DNA from: Malacoraja senta
Taxonomy: Eukaryota
Reading direction: 5' to 3'
NCBI GenBank assembly: GCA_038087875.1
Contig: CM075994.1
Coordinates: 2,668,001-2,732,000, forward strand
DNA length: 64,000 nt
The notes under the pieces were generated by a model. That model had not been told where the DNA came from and did not search any database. It was given only the letters and a program-made list of their open reading frames with translations. Positions 37,755-53,979 of the stretch are shown here, piece after piece (positions within the stretch are counted from its first letter, which is position 1; every line of letters starts with the position of its first letter). A program made the position numbers and the translations under genes.

Positions 37755-38388
37755 TCTCTATAATTATAAAACACTGATCGTGGATGTGTGTGTGTGTGTA
37801 TATATATATATAATCACATCTTCTCAAAAAAACGACGAGCTAACGGTAACATTGTAACATATTTCAGTAGAGATTTATCCCGTGGACTCCAAAATCGTCT
37901 TATCTGAAAAATTCATGCATTATTTCTCGAGTTATTAATCAAAATGTTCACAAATCTGAAATAACTTTGAATCTAAACGAGATGGTCTCGCTGATGACGT
38001 CACAATGGGCCCCAACTTTTCAGATAAGACAATTTCGGAGTCCATGGGATAAATCTACCGGAATATGTTTAGAAAATTACCGTTAGCGTATCGTTTTTCC
38101 CCCGGCCTCTCTCCTCTCTCCCATCCCTCTCTCTCTCCCCTCTCTCTGCCCCTCTTTCTCTGTCTCTGCCCCTCTCTCTCTCTACCCCCCTCCCTCCTGC
38201 GAGTTGGGAGCTATGCGTGAGTGGATAGGGTGGCGATGGGGTAAAAGTAGCGAAGGAATAATATTAATATAATATCAAGGGGGGTGGTTAGTGAGTGGGG
38301 GGTGCTTAGTGTGTGTGTGACTCCGCAGGTCGCCCCCCCGCAACCGCTCATTGAGGGGACGGGACCCAACGAGTCCCACTTGGTCTAG
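37755..38388 (+). mobile_element. Non-autonomous Helitron
   Basis: A|TC...TATAATTATAAA 5' end; subterminal hairpin gggacccaacgagtccc followed by CTAG|T. Confidence 0.7.
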
Positions 38389-38738
38389 TGAAACATAAAG
38401 CTGGAATGTTTTACCCTTGATTATCATTGACTTGATGCCCCATCTACAATGGTCCCAACTGCCTGCGTTTGGCCCATATCACTCTAAACCTTTCCTGTCC
38501 ATGTACCTGACCAAATGTCTTTTAAATGTTGTCATAGTACTTGTCTCAACTACATCCTCTGGCAGCTCGTTCCATACACCCACCACTGTGTGGAAAAAGT
38601 TGTCCTGCAAATTCCTATTAAATCTTTCCCCTCTCGCCTTAATGTCTACGCCAATCATCTGCTTGCGCATGATCCAAATCCCTCTAATGTCCATTACTTT
38701 TCTGCTGTTTGAGGCTAGAGCGATCAGGCAGTAATTAG

Positions 38739-38975
<237 letters not shown>

Positions 38976-39759
38976 TAAATGAGTTGGAGATTTCACACAA
39001 ATTTTCAAATTAAATTGCTTAAGGAAAAAAATGATACACTGCACACACTGGAAATGTGTAAATGCTGGAAACACTCAGCATATCGGGCAGCATCTGGAGA
39101 GAGAAACAGTGGCAATGTTTCTGATCGTAGACCTGCCATCAGAACTGGGAAATAGCGATGAGAAAATATTGTGGGGAAGGTGGCAGGTGGAATGGATGGG
39201 GCAAAGGAAATAGAGTGAGGCATAAGAGAGTGCAGATGCTGGGATCTTGAGCAAAACAATGCTGGGAGAACTCAGCAGATCAGGCAGCATTTGTGGAGGG
39301 ACATGGATAGATGACATTTCCAGTTGAGACCCTTCAGACTGCTGGATCTCTGCTGATCTCAGAGACACTGCTAGTCCTCTGCTGCCTCAAAGCATTGGCT
39401 CCCTTTCTCAGTCAATCTCCCTCCCTACACACTTGTGCTTTATATACTTAAATATTGCCCTGGTACTTTCCTTAATCTTATCTGCCAGTGATATTTCCTA
39501 CCCTTCTAGTTTCTTTTTTTTACGTTGCTCACTACACTCCCTCCATACTGGTGAAGGGTCTCTCCTGTTTTCAGTGCTTCACACTTGCCACATGCTGCCT
39601 TTATGTTCTTTATCATCCAGAATTCATTGATCTTCCCCCTCACCCTTCTGGGAACATGTTCAACCTGAACCAACGATTTCACTTTTGAAAAACTCCTAGT
39701 TGTCAGGTGTAGATTTGCCTGCAAGTGGCGCTGCTAGATTCTGTGTTTGCACTCCATAA

Positions 39760-40625
39760 GACCTGGGAGTCCACTGGGAGTGTGGGGTTAAGTCCCTGGT
39801 CAGTTTATACGGACCTTCTGTTTGGGTCTCCAGGGAGTATACAGGGAGCATGGGGTCAGGTCACAGTGAGTTTACAGGGACGTTGTGTTTGGGTCAACAG
39901 GGAGTCTACTGGGAGTGTGGGGTACAGTCACCGTGAGTTTACAGGGAGTGTGGGGTACGGTCACCGTATCTCACCGTACAGGGAGCATGAGCTAAGGTCA
40001 CTAGTAGGTTTACAGGGGACCTTGCGTTTGGATCTCCGCTGAGTTTGCAGGGACCATGGGGTAAGGTTCTCAGTGAGTTTAGAGGGAGTATTTTATCCGT
40101 TCCCTGATGAGTTTACAGGGAGTGTGGGGCAAGATCCCCGGTGAGATTACAGGGACCATGGGTTTGGTTCCCCAGTCAGTTTACAGGAACTATGGGGTAA
40201 GGTAATGATGAGTTTACAGGGAGCACGGGGTAAAGTCACTGTGAGTTTAGAGAGAGAGAGAGAGTGTGGGATAAGGTCCCTGATGGCTTTACAGGGAGCA
40301 TGGGATCAGTTACCTGGTCAGTTTACAGCGACCATGGGTTTGAGTCCCCAGTCAGTTTACAGGGTGCATGGGGTAAGGTCACTGGTCAGTTTACAGGGTG
40401 CATGGGATAAGGTCATTGAGTTTACAGGGAAAGTGGGATTGGGTCCACAGTTAGTTTACAGGGAGCTAGTCCTGTAAGTTTATTGAGAGAGTTTGGTCAG
40501 GTCCTCAGTGAGCTTATAGGGTGCGTGGGGTGAGGTCCCGGGTGAGTCTATTGAGAGTGTGGGGTCAGGCCCCAATAGGTTTATTGGGAGAGTGGGGTCA
40601 CATCTCCAGTGAGTTTATCGGGAGC
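39760..40625 (+). repeat. Degenerate minisatellite, ~31-bp unit (gtgagtttacagggagtgtggggtaaggtc..)
   Basis: gtttacaggg core recurs about every 30 bp. Confidence 0.85.
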
Positions 40626-40904
40626 GTGGGATTGAGTCCCCAGTGAGTGTGGGAAACAAAGAAGGGAAGAGGTTGAACTTTTTTTTTGCCTTCCATTACA
40701 GTGTGGAATGTGGAGGAGTCACTGTGGTGGATGTTTATGTTAAAATGTATTTTGTGTATCTTGTTGCTTTTTATTGATATGACTGGCAAATCAAATTCCT
40801 CGTATGTTGCAAAACATACTTGGCTAATAAAGTATGATTCTGATTATGTGTTTACGGAGCATAGGATCGTGGATACTGGGAGAATGCACCAGTGACCAGT
40901 GTGA

Positions 40905-41303
<399 letters not shown>

Positions 41304-43202
41304 TAGGAAGAGTGTCCATTCGGCGTGGCCGTGGGAGAGCCCAGCTCTGCCCGCCTTCCTGAGTGCCCGGTATAGCAGTGGAGCGCTGCGGTCCACAGTG
41401 GCAGCCAGCCCAAGCTAGTTTTAGCTTAGTTTTAGGTACGTTTATTATTGTCATGTGTACCAAGATACAGTGAAAAGCTTTTTTGTTGCATGCAATCCAG
41501 TCAGCGGAAAAACTACATGATTACAATTAGGCTGTCTACAGTATACAGATACAGGATAAAGGGAATGATGTTTAGTGCAAGATGAAGTCCAAGGGTCTCT
41601 AATGAGGTCGATGGGAGGTCAGGCCCGTTCTCTAGTTGGTGATAGGATGGTTCAGTTGCCTGATAACAGCTGGGAAGGAACTTTCCTTGAATCTGGAGGT
41701 GTACGGTTTAACACTTCTGTACGTCGTGCCTGATGGGAGAGGGGAAATGAGGGTGAGGGAGTGGGGGGGTCTCTGCTTGTGAATTTCCAAATTACATTTT
41801 ACGTGGTTCTCTAGTTCCCAATTGAAATGGTATATTGACTAATTTAGCCTGGGTAATGTAAATAATGTTCCCTCACTCATCATTCGCGTTAAGTGCAATT
41901 CGAATATGGAAACATGCGGTTATAGCTGAACTATATAAAACCTGAGTGTAGTGCTTCAGTTTTATTAAGGTACCACATTATGGGCTGCTGCATCTGGTCA
42001 AGTCCCTCTGGAGTCAGAGGGCAGAATAAGCAGAGCGCCAGGCATGAACCACTCGCCTCCGTCTTGTATCACCCAACAATCTTAGGCGTTACTTCCCATT
42101 CTTGACCAAATTAATTGTTTACTTTAGTTTATTATTGTCACGTGTACCAAGGTACAGTCTTCTTATCGAGTCCACACACAAGATTAGAAGTTGTTCAGCC
42201 AGAGCTGAACACACTTCTAGGCATCTGCACAATGGTCTCTGTCTTGCGCTTCTTGTACTTCTTGTGCGTGGTGGTGGAAAGATTGGTGGAAACAGGGCCG
42301 CGACGTGAACACTCTTTCCTTGACCCCCAAGGTACAGTGAAAACTTTTCTGTTGCGTGCTATCATGTCAGCAAAAAGACTATACATGAATTGCAATCAAG
42401 CCGTCCAAAATGTACAGGTATAGGATACACTATAAAGGGTATAATATTTAGTGCAAGTGATGTAAAATGATTGATGAAGATCCCGGGCAGTAATCTTTTG
42501 TCAAAACAAACAGCCACTGGAGCCAGCCTATGCACAGCATGGAGACAGGATTGTTGCCCTGTGCCAGGATCAGTTCCCTTGATTCCTGCTCACTGGAATT
42601 GCTGCCATTTGTCGACCATTTGAAGGAGAACGGAAAGTAAAGTCCGAAGATGAGACCAGACTGAGGATGTGTATAACATCATGAGAGGAACAAAATGGAT
42701 GAACACAGACTTTTACCCAGAGTAAGGGAATTGAGAACCAGGGGACCTAGGTTTAAGGTGAGGTGGTAAAGATTAAATAGGAACCTGATGAGGCACTTCA
42801 TTACACAAAGGGTGGTAGGTATATGGAACGAGCTGCCGGAGGAGGTAGTTGAGGCAGGTCTTATTACAACGTTTAATAAACATTTAGACAGGTACATGGA
42901 TAGGAGAGGTTTAGGGGGATATGGACCAAACGCAGGGAGATGTGACTAATGTAGTTGGGGCATGTTGTTCAGTGTTGGCAAGTTGGGCTAAATGACTTTG
43001 TGGTTAACAGTGAGGGAGGTGGGCAGAAACCAAGGAACCTCAATGAGGGAGAGGTGAAGAAATGGTGTGTGATTGGCAGATGGAGTTCTGCTGTCATGAC
43101 GAGGTCTCTGCCCTTTCACTGAGTGTACGTCACCATGATCCGTAGCAAACACTGACTGGTGCCGGGTGTGAGAGTGAGTGCTGCTTTGTTTCTGTTCACC
43201 AG

Positions 43203-43320
43203 GCTCCACACTTGGTGCAGATGAGAGCCGGGCATAAAATGGGCGACGTGCCCCTTCGGGACAGTCTGCTGTGCGACGGGTTGATGGACGCCTTCCACAG
43301 TTACCACATGGGAATCACAG
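43203..43320 (+). CDS. ACAT2: ACAT2 exon 4
   Basis: APHLVQMRAGHKMGDVPLRDSLLCDGLMDAFHSYHMGIT; ag/gt boundaries. Confidence 0.96.
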
Positions 43321-43324
43321 GTAA

Positions 43325-43687
<363 letters not shown>

Positions 43688-43849
43688 TAAGTCCTTTCAT
43701 GCAGTGGGTCTTCACCACTGATCGTGAGCCAGCGGTGGGGCTGGGGAGAGAGCAGTGCAAGTAATCCCCACCTCCCCATCCCCTTCCCCCCCCCCACCTT
43801 TCTGAACCTGTCAGGGACATAATCCAGCCTGCACATGATCCATATCCCT

Positions 43850-45950
43850 CTGAAGTTAGACACAAAAAGGTGGAGTAACTTAGCAGGACTGGCAGCATCT
43901 CTGGAGAGAAGGAATTGGTGACATTTTGGGTCGAGACCCTTCTTCAGACTGGTTAGGGATAAGGGAGATATAGACGGTGATGTGGAGAGATAAAGAACAA
44001 TGAATGAAAGATATGCAAAACAGTAACCATGATAAAGGAAACAGGCCATTGTAAGCTGTTTGTAGGCTTCCCGACGGACCCCTTGGTTGTAGACTGGGAA
44101 TGCGGCCGGAGGCCTTTATCGAGGCGCCGCGGTCTCGATGCCTCCCGGATCGCTGCGTAGAAGCCCGGGTCGGGGCCCGGCCGGGGCCTCGCGTGTAGAA
44201 GCCTGAGTCGGGCGAAGCGGCCAATGGAGCCCAAGCCGACACCACAGAGGCATGAAGGAGGGCGTTGACAGGGGTGAGGCCTCAGAGGCGGCAGCGGTGA
44301 AGCCTTGCGATGATGGGGCCTCGGCGGTGGTGAAACCTCGCGGCAGCGATGCCTCGCGGGTTGACCTGCGGTCGATGAGAGCGTGGAGAACCACCGTGAA
44401 GGGGGGAAGGGAAGAACAATGGAGGACCCGGCGTGGGGGAACTTCTGTGGTGGGGGGGGTGGGAGGGGGGACAAAAGGGGAAGCTTTGTAACTTTGTCAG
44501 CGCCGTAGGTGGCTGCTATTTGTATACATTGTTTATGCAAGCAAAGAATCTCACTGTGCCTAGTCACATGTGACAATAAAGTATTCCTATTCCTAAATGA
44601 AAAGCTAGTGCGACTTGGGTGGTGGAAGGATAGAGAGAGAGGGAATGCCGGGGCTACCTGAAGTGAGAGAAATCAATATTCATGCCACTGGGCTTTAAGC
44701 TGCCCAAGCGAAATATGAGATGCTGTTCCTTCAATTTGCATTTAGCCTCATTCTGACAATGGAAGAGACCGAGGACAGAAAGGTCTGTGTAGGAATGGGA
44801 AGGAGAATTAAAGTGTCCAGCAACTGGGAGATGAGGTAGGTTCAGGCAGGCTGAGTGAAGGTGTTCCGCAAAATGATCGCCCAGTCTGCGTTTGGTCCCG
44901 CCAATGTATAAGAGTCCACATCTTGAACAACGGACACAGTAGATGAGGTTGGAGGAGGTGCAAGTGAACCTCTGCCTAACCTGAAAGGACTGTCGGGGTC
45001 CCTGGACAGAGTCGAGGGAGGAGGTATAGTGACAGGTGTTGCATCTTCTGCGGTTGCTGGGGAATGTACCTGGGTAGGGGGTGGTTTGGGTGTGAGGGGA
45101 TGTTAACCAAGGAGTTGTGGAGGGAATGGTCTCTGCGGAAGGCGGAAAGGGGTGGAGATGGAAAAATGTGGCTAGTGGTGGGATCCCATTGGAGGTGGCA
45201 TAGATTTTGGAGGATTATGTGTTGTATGCGACGGCTGATTGGGTGGAAGGACTAGGGGGACTCTGTCTCTGTTGCGACTAGGGGGAGGGTGGAACTGCGG
45301 GGTACCGAGGAGACACGAGTGAGGGCCTCATTTATGATGGTAGAGGGGAACCCCCGTTCCCTAAAGAATGAGGACATCTCGGATGTTCTAGTATGGAACA
45401 CCTCATCTTGGGCGCAGATGCGGCGTAGACGGAGGAATTGGATGGAGGGGATAGAGTCTTTGCAGGAAGCAGGGTGGGAAGAAGTGTAGTCAAGATAGTT
45501 GTGGGTGTCAGTGGGTTTGTAATGGACGTCAGTCATTGGTCTATTTCCTGTAATGGAGACTGTGAGATCAAGAAAGGGGAGGGAGGTGTCGGAGATGGTC
45601 CAAGTAAATTTGAGTGCAGGATGAAAATTGGTGGTGAAGTTGATGAAGTCCGTGAGTTCTGCATGGGTGCAGGAGGCAGCACCGATGCAGTCATCAATGT
45701 AACAGAGGTAGAGTTTGGGGGTAAGGCCAGTGTACGCCTGGAACAGGGATTGTTCTACTAAGAGGCAGGCACAGCTGGGGCCCATGCTGGTGCCCATAGC
45801 AGTGCCTTGGACTTGGAGGAAGTGGGAGGAGTCAAAAGGAGAAGTTGTTGTGGGTGAGGTCCAGCCTAGACAGTAGTAGAGATAAATTGGATAGTTCTGC
45901 AGTCGAGGAAGAAATGGAGGGCTTTAAGACCTTCCTGGTGGGGGATGGAG
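43850..45950 (-). mobile_element. Penelope-like retroelement (RT, GIY-YIG endonuclease, pLTR), 5'-truncated, with a GC-rich insertion at ~44066-44595
   Basis: ORF 45252..45797 has MGTSMGP..YIDD..FHPALKFT..PFLDL..YKPTD..YLDYTSSHP; CTSSNLIYC..CGLLYIG near 44900-44965; hammerhead-like motif at 43920-43947. Confidence 0.9.
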
Positions 45951-46110
45951 TGTAGAGTTTATTTATATCCATGTGCCTATCCTAAAGTCTTAAACACCAC
46001 TATTATATCTGCCTCCACCACCATCATCCCCGACAGCGCGTTCCAGGCACTCACCAGCCTGTGTGTAAAAAAAACATTTCCTTTAGTCACGGATGCTTGT
46101 TGAACTGTGA

Positions 46111-46305
<195 letters not shown>

Positions 46306-46329
46306 TGAGCACCTTGCATCTTACAGTAG

Positions 46330-46590
<261 letters not shown>

Positions 46591-46964
46591 TGATGCTGAG
46601 GTAAAAGATCTACCATGGTCTCACGGAGTACTGGTGCAGCCTGGAGGAGCCAAATTGCCAGCTCCTGCTTCCGGTCCACATGGACAAGTCACATCCAAGT
46701 AGACACGAGGAGAGTATCGCTTCCTCACGGACAAGCCGCATCCGTGTAGACATGAGAAGTCCATAAGACATAGGAGCGGCATTTGGCCATTCAGCCCATC
46801 GAGTCCACTTTCAGGGAACTATGTACTCTTATACCCCTCTGCTCTACAATTCCTCCTTGCATTAATGGAACGTTTCCTTTCCCTGCTCCTGAAATTGTCA
46901 GATCTTATTATTAACCTTCCTTGTCACCTTGTGACTTTACTTTAGAGACATAGCAGAGTATTGA

Positions 46965-47520
<556 letters not shown>

Positions 47521-47649
47521 TGAGGTGGTGAGGTGACCAGGACGGTTAATAATATGACCTCTGACACTATCAGGAGCTGCAAGAAAACACAGGAAGATAT
47601 TGGAAATGACAGTCCACTCCTGCCTCTCTCTATTCGATATCCAGTCACA

Positions 47650-47952
47650 GTTTAGTTTAGAGATACAGCGCGGAATCAGGCCCTTCAGCCCACCAAGTCC
47701 GTGCCGACCAGCGATCCCCGCACACTAACACTATCTTACATATAGGGACAATTTACAATTTTACCGAAGCCAATTAACCTCCAAACCTCTACGTCTTTAG
47801 AGTGTGGGAGGAAACCAGAGTACCCGGAGAAAACCCATGCGGTCACAGGGAGAACATACAAACTCTGTACATACTTTGCATACACTCCGTAGTCAGGATT
47901 GAACCTCGGGTCTCTGGCGCTGTAAGGCAGCAACTCTACCGCTGTGACACCA
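47650..47952 (-). mobile_element. tRNA-derived V-SINE, inverted relative to the copy at 47235
   Basis: Reverse complement of the same consensus, with a (ctaaa)n tail. Confidence 0.8.
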
Positions 47953-48199
47953 TGTACAGCACAGATCTGAGCCAATCTCGTATTGATATGATTTAGAGGG
48001 GAAGTGGTATGCTCTGATGGAGGCGGGTGTAAGAAAGAGATTAGTGGGTCTGCAGGTGGCATGGACATCAGAGGTGGTGTTGACCCAGCAATTTATCTGG
48101 AACTGTTGGACTCAATATCGAGTCACCAAACTGGAAAGATGTGCTAAAAGGGTGTATGCAGATATAACCAGGACTGCAGGGTTTGATATTAGGAGAGGC

Positions 48200-48965
48200 T
48201 GGGTATTACAGCATTGATGTACAGGTAGATCTTGGAATCCAAGTCCATATCTTCTTCTAAGTGGCTACACAAGTAGATTAAAACCATGCCCAACTGAAAA
48301 TACAATGGCGATAAAGGAATTACCTGGGTAAGTGGTAAAGAAGGCACATGGTGTGCTTGATTTCTTAGGTCGGGACAATTTGGATGTCATGATACAGCTT
48401 TATAGGACAGTGGTTAGGCCACATTTGGAGTATTGTGTGCCATTCTGGTCACCCCATTACAGGAAGGAGGCTTTGGAAAGGGTGCAGAGGTTTACCAGAA
48501 TGAGCAATTAGAGATGGTCAGTAAATTTAATAGAATGTCACCTGAATTTGAGAATATTAGCGACAGCGAGAGTTGTACAAACAGTTTTCTCTGGAAGGCT
48601 GGAAACCTAATAAAAGTATATAAAATTATGATCGGTGTAGATAGGGTAGACAGTCAGACCCTTTTTCCCAGGATGGAAAAATCAAAAACTTAGAGGGCAT
48701 AGTTTCAAGATTAGGAGGGCAGTTTAAAGATGTGCAGGGTACATTTTTTTCAGTGTGGTGGATACCTGGAATGCACTGTCATGGTTGCTGGTGGAGGCAG
48801 ATATAGTTGCGTTTAAGAGGCTTTTAGATAGGCATGTGGATATGCAGCGAGTGGATGAATATGGATCATGTGCAGGCAGAAGAGATGAGTTTAACTTGGC
48901 ATCATGTTTGGCACAGCCATTATGGGCTGATGTGCCTGTTCTTGCACTATACTGTTCTCTGCTCT
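48200..48965 (+). mobile_element. Decayed CR1 3' fragment
   Basis: gttaggccacatttggagtattgtgtg (VRPHLEYC) and CR1 tail; similar tails at ~16800-17150, 26930-27170, 38440-38645, 42660-42990, 50200-50640, 59120-59460 and 59839-60042. Confidence 0.7.
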
Positions 48966-49738
48966 AACAACCAGTTGCCAGAGGCCTGGCTGTTTGGATA
49001 ATGGAGCAATAAAGCAAGGACCAGTGGCTGTGAGAGCGAGTTTGGCTGTGAACAGAGTTCAGACCAGACAAGTGAGTGTCTGCTCCACACCGCTTACTCC
49101 CAACTCTTTTATTCTGCAGGAAACTTGCTTGCTTTACCTTTAGCAAACATTTTTATTCACCATTGGATACCTCTATCAAGAGATCACCATAATCCTCAAA
49201 TTTGTGATTAGATTTAGGTTCATTGTTGTCACATGTGCTGAGATAAAGTGAAACGCTTTGTTTTGCATGCTGTCCAAATAGATTAGATATACCATACATG
49301 TGTACAATAGTTAGAGGAAAGGGGAAGATACAGAGTGCAGAATCACGATTAACCCAGCTGAGAATTGAATGTAACATTAATGCTTATTTGATGGAAAAAC
49401 TAATTATTGTGTTGAAAATTGGTCTCTATTCCCAGTCACTGGGAATCTTCCTCCTCCCATGCAACTGCCTGCAGCAACAGTTGGATGCAAGAGACATAAG
49501 TCCTCTCCCTTTGCAAGACATAGGATCTTCTGGATAACTAAGGGAGAGGGGATACCATAGATCAGGGAGAAAGAATTTAAGAGAAAAGTGTGCAGGAAGT
49601 CTCAATGTCGGAAAAAATACAAAGATAAAGGAATTACCTGATAGAACTTTATAAAATGATGAGAGGTGTAGCTGGGTAGACAATCGGAACCTTTCTGCCA
49701 GGGTAGAAATGTCAAAAGACTCGAGGGCATTGTTTTAA

Positions 49739-50023
<285 letters not shown>

Positions 50024-50988
50024 ACGGAGAGGACTGGCAGCAGGGGCCCCAGGTGTAAATGAAGGGCAGGGAGGACAGATCACATCTTTCATGTCATCAC
50101 CGGCCTTGCCCTTCAACCCACTGGCCAAGAGGTTCGCAGCTATGCCTTTGCTGGGTGAAAAAGGCAAAGAACAAACAAGGATCAGAGCCTACAGCAGAGC
50201 AGGCCCTTCAGCCCACCTTGTCTATGCCAACCCACACTAATCCCATTTACCAGTATTTGGTCTGTAGCCGACTGCACCTCGGTGATTCGTGCAAGTCCAG
50301 ATGCTTCTTAAATATTGTGAGATTTTTTGCCTCCACCAGCGCGTTCCAGATTCCAACCACCTTTTGGGTGAGGCATTTCTTCCTCAGATTTGCTCTGAAC
50401 ATCTTGACTCCTCACCTTAAATCGTATCCCTCTACCTTGAGGAAAGGGTTCTTGCTATTGATCGATCAAACCCCTCATAACTTTGTAGACCTCTTATCGA
50501 GTCTCCTCTCAGCCTCCTGTGCTCCAAGGAGAACAAACCCAGACTGTCCACTCTCCTCATGAAACCCTCCACCCGAGGGGATCTCCTCTGTACTCTCCAT
50601 TGTAACTATATCCTCCCGATAGTGCGGCGATCAGAACTGTTACGTTCCGTAAAATTGTGTAATGGCATCTCAACACATGTATTCCACTTGAAAGGTGTAT
50701 ATCATGAGGACAGGGTGAATGCAAAGTATTTTTCCCAGGGCTAGAGGGCAAAGCTAGACACAGGTTTAAGGTGAAAGATTTAATAGAAATCTATGGGTGA
50801 TGGGCAGGAAGCCGGGGATGAGGAGCAGAGCCAGTGAAGAGGCCATGACCAGAGAGGGAGTAGAAACAGGAAAGTGATTCTAAAGTGAAGACATATGGGG
50901 TACAGAAATCCAGCCATCAATGAACGTGGTGGGAAGGGAAGATTTGGATGGAGTGAAGTAGGAAGACAGACTCGTAGTTGAGTCTGGA

Positions 50989-51274
50989 AATAAACACAGC
51001 AGGGCAACAATTCACTGCTCCTTGCTGAGAGCTGCCCAGCAGCAAATTCTGGGTCAGTGTGACAAAGACCTCAGAATGTTGTGAGGAGCTGGTGAATGTG
51101 GCACACCTACAGGCGCTGCTGAAATGACCATGGTCACTTTGAAAACCAGGGCTGTCCATTCTGTAAGCGATGCTGAAGCCTATTTGTCATGCATGATTAA
51201 CCAAACCTAGAAAGAATGAATCACTGTTGCAAAGTCTGGATTGTGTGTGAGACTTCCTGTACCACAAAAATAAA
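50989..51274 (+). terminator. ACAT2: Candidate ACAT2 poly(A) signals (AATAAA at 50989-50994 and 51269-51274)
   Basis: First canonical hexamers seen downstream of the stop codon. Confidence 0.4.
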
Positions 51275-51429
51275 AGCAATGTTTAAGATGCATCTAGATG
51301 AACTGCCTCGTTTGAGCTTATTTCGCACAAGCAGCAGCAGGCTATCAGAATGATTTCATCAGAGCACTATACACACGGAGAATGTTTAAGTGCGACAAGT
51401 CTTCAAGATAGCTGGCGCTGTACAACCGG

Positions 51430-51535
51430 TTTATTGATCTTGTCTCACCATTTCATAACACAAATATGTGAAAATGTTCTTGGCTCGTTTCATCTCAAGT
51501 TGACAACAAAATTTCTATTCTTTATGACGTTTATT
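51430..51535 (-). terminator. TCP1: Candidate TCP1 poly(A) signals (TTTATT at 51530-51535 and 51430-51435)
   Basis: AATAAA on the minus strand 250-350 nt after the TCP1 stop codon. Confidence 0.5.
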
Positions 51536-51786
51536 CAAGCCAGAAATGAAGGGCACACAATTTATCAGCTGAGAAACTGACACTCCTCCCTCAGGTCACT
51601 GGAGCCCAAAACAACAACAAGGTGGGGATTTTCATTCCACCTCTTTTACACATTGGATGCAACTTAAATATTCACTAAGTATACTGTAACACAAACAATA
51701 GGATGAGAACATTTTACTTTGTAATTTAACTAACTAACATCAGAGTACAAATTATATCTGACAGATATGGGTGTACTATAGTTGCT

Positions 51787-52003
51787 TTAACCATCCAGTT
51801 CTCCACTTTGAACTGCATCATGGTAACTCTTTCCTTTGTCTTGCTTCTCCTCTGGATACAGCTTGATGAGATCATCAATGCGAAGGATGGTGATAGCAGC
51901 TTCAGTTGCAAACTTCAGACTCTTTGTTTTCACCATAGTTGGCTCAAGCACACCAGCCTGCTTGCTGTCCCTCGGTTTGCCATTCACCAAATCAAGGCCA
52001 ATC
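51787..52003 (-). CDS. TCP1: TCP1 (CCT-alpha) last exon
   Basis: IGLDLVNGKPRDSKQAGVLEPTMVKTKSLKFATEAAITILRIDDLIKLYPEEKQDKGKSYHDAVQSGELDG*. Confidence 0.97.
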
Positions 52004-53815
52004 CTGTTAAGGAAAGAAAAATGTTTTGCACATTTCAAATTGGGATTAAAAAATTAGGCTTGGCAATCAGATGAAGTAACCTTTGCAATAAAATGTAGTC
52101 AAGGAACTGCAGGTGCTGGTTTACAAAGACACAAACTCAGCAGGTTAGGGCAGCAGCTCTGGAGTACATGAATTGGTGTCTAAAGGGTCACGACCGGAAA
52201 TATCACCTATCCATGTTATCCAGGGATACTGCCTGACCCGCTGAGTTACTCCACCTCTTTGTGTCAATCTTTGTAATGATCTTACTTGGAGCTTGACTGC
52301 AACACAATAGGTTCCCAAACCACCAATGAGCTCCACAATAAACCACCCCTAAATCTCATTCCTCTTTCCATTCATCTCTCAACATTCTTGAATCAAGTCA
52401 AATCTGTCACCCTGTTAGTGGGAAAGGAAAATATTTTTTTAGCTCCAATAGACTTCTCTGCCTCTTCAGTAGGCAAGAGAATTTACCCAGCAAGGTTGGA
52501 TAAAAACCCTTGAAGACCATCAAAATGACAGCCATGTCAGAGCTAAATTCTAATGCACATGTAGCTGTTAGTTGCTTTTGCCCTCTCCAATTCCTGCTTC
52601 AAAGCTGCCTTTTTATCTACAGTAAACATGAACACAGAACAGCGCAGCACAGAAATAGGCCCACAATGTCTGTCCTTGCACATGGTGGACATTGCCCAGC
52701 CCAGAGGTATTGACCTCTCCACCATTGAAGGGATCTAGAGGAAATACTGCCTCAAGAAGGCAGTTGATATTAAAGATCCACACCAGCCTGGCAACACTCA
52801 TCTCGCTGCTACTATTGAGAAAGTGGCACAGGAGCCTGAGAACTGTTACCTCCCGTTCCAAGAACACTTTCTTCCCATCTACCATATGGCTCTTGAACCA
52901 CCCAGCACAACCTTGACCATAAACTTACCTGAGCACCAACCCAATATAGACTTTGTATAAGTTGCACAATGCACTTTGGTTTGCACTAATACTGGAAGGT
53001 TACCTAGTATAATTGAGTGTATTGTATATTTGCTGTGTTGCATTAATGTGCCTGCAAAAACGACAGCAAATAATTTTATTGTTCCATTCCATGGTGCATA
53101 GGACAATAAACATTCAACTCTCCCTCCATTCCCTGCCCGAACAAAACAGAAAACTTAACACTTCAATGTAAACACCCTTTTAAAAAAGTCACTGACACGT
53201 TACAAAAGGTATCCCATTTCTTAATTTTATAAACTGGGATTTAATTTTTTTTTTATTTTTAATGTCTTCCCCTCTTCCTGACTTCATTATATTTTTCCCT
53301 CACTCAGTCTATTTCCTTTCTGTATTCAACATGGATAGGAAAGGTTTGAAGTGATATGGGCCGACATAGGCAAGTGGAACTGCTGTGCAACTTTATTGAT
53401 TCCATGTTTCCATGCAATAGGATGAGGTAGAAGACAACTAGAAAGACAGCTTAAGACAAAGTGTTGAAGTAACTCAGTGGGTTGGGCAGCATATTTAGAG
53501 AACATGGATAGGTGACATTTTGGGTCGGGACCCTTCTTCAGACTGCAAAGCCAGCTTGCCCAATTATCCTTTCCCCAGTCCTATTAGATACTGGAAATGT
53601 GAACTTTGGGCAGATTAAATGAGCCTGTGTTACCGTACAACACGTAAATAAAAAACAGGAGCCTTGGCTACTACACAAGGTGTAAATAAAAATTACTATT
53701 CAACTTTGAACAGGTTTTGTTTAACCAGCCTTTTCTCTGGTCTGAAAGTCATTCAGCAGGCCACAATCTCAAATACAGATGACAGATGCGTACTGAAGCA
53801 GAAATCTGTACTTAC

Positions 53816-53979
53816 CATTTCAAATGTTTGCGTTCAGGATTAACCTGGGCTTCATTGTGGAATGCACGCAATTTTGCCACCAAGTCAGTGGAATCCTGAG
53901 CCGCATTTACTGCCAGAGTCTTTGGAATAACCAACAGGGCTCGGGCAAATTCAGCAATTGCCAGCTGCTCACGTGATCC
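53816..53979 (-). CDS. TCP1: TCP1 penultimate exon (human exon 11 equivalent)
   Basis: GSREQLAIAEFARALLVIPKTLAVNAAQDSTDLVAKLRAFHNEAQVNPERKHLKW; ag/gt boundaries. Confidence 0.97.

Noticed and set aside
39760..40625. CRISPR-like array
   Set aside because: Degenerate tandem units without unique spacers, eukaryotic intron, no cas genes
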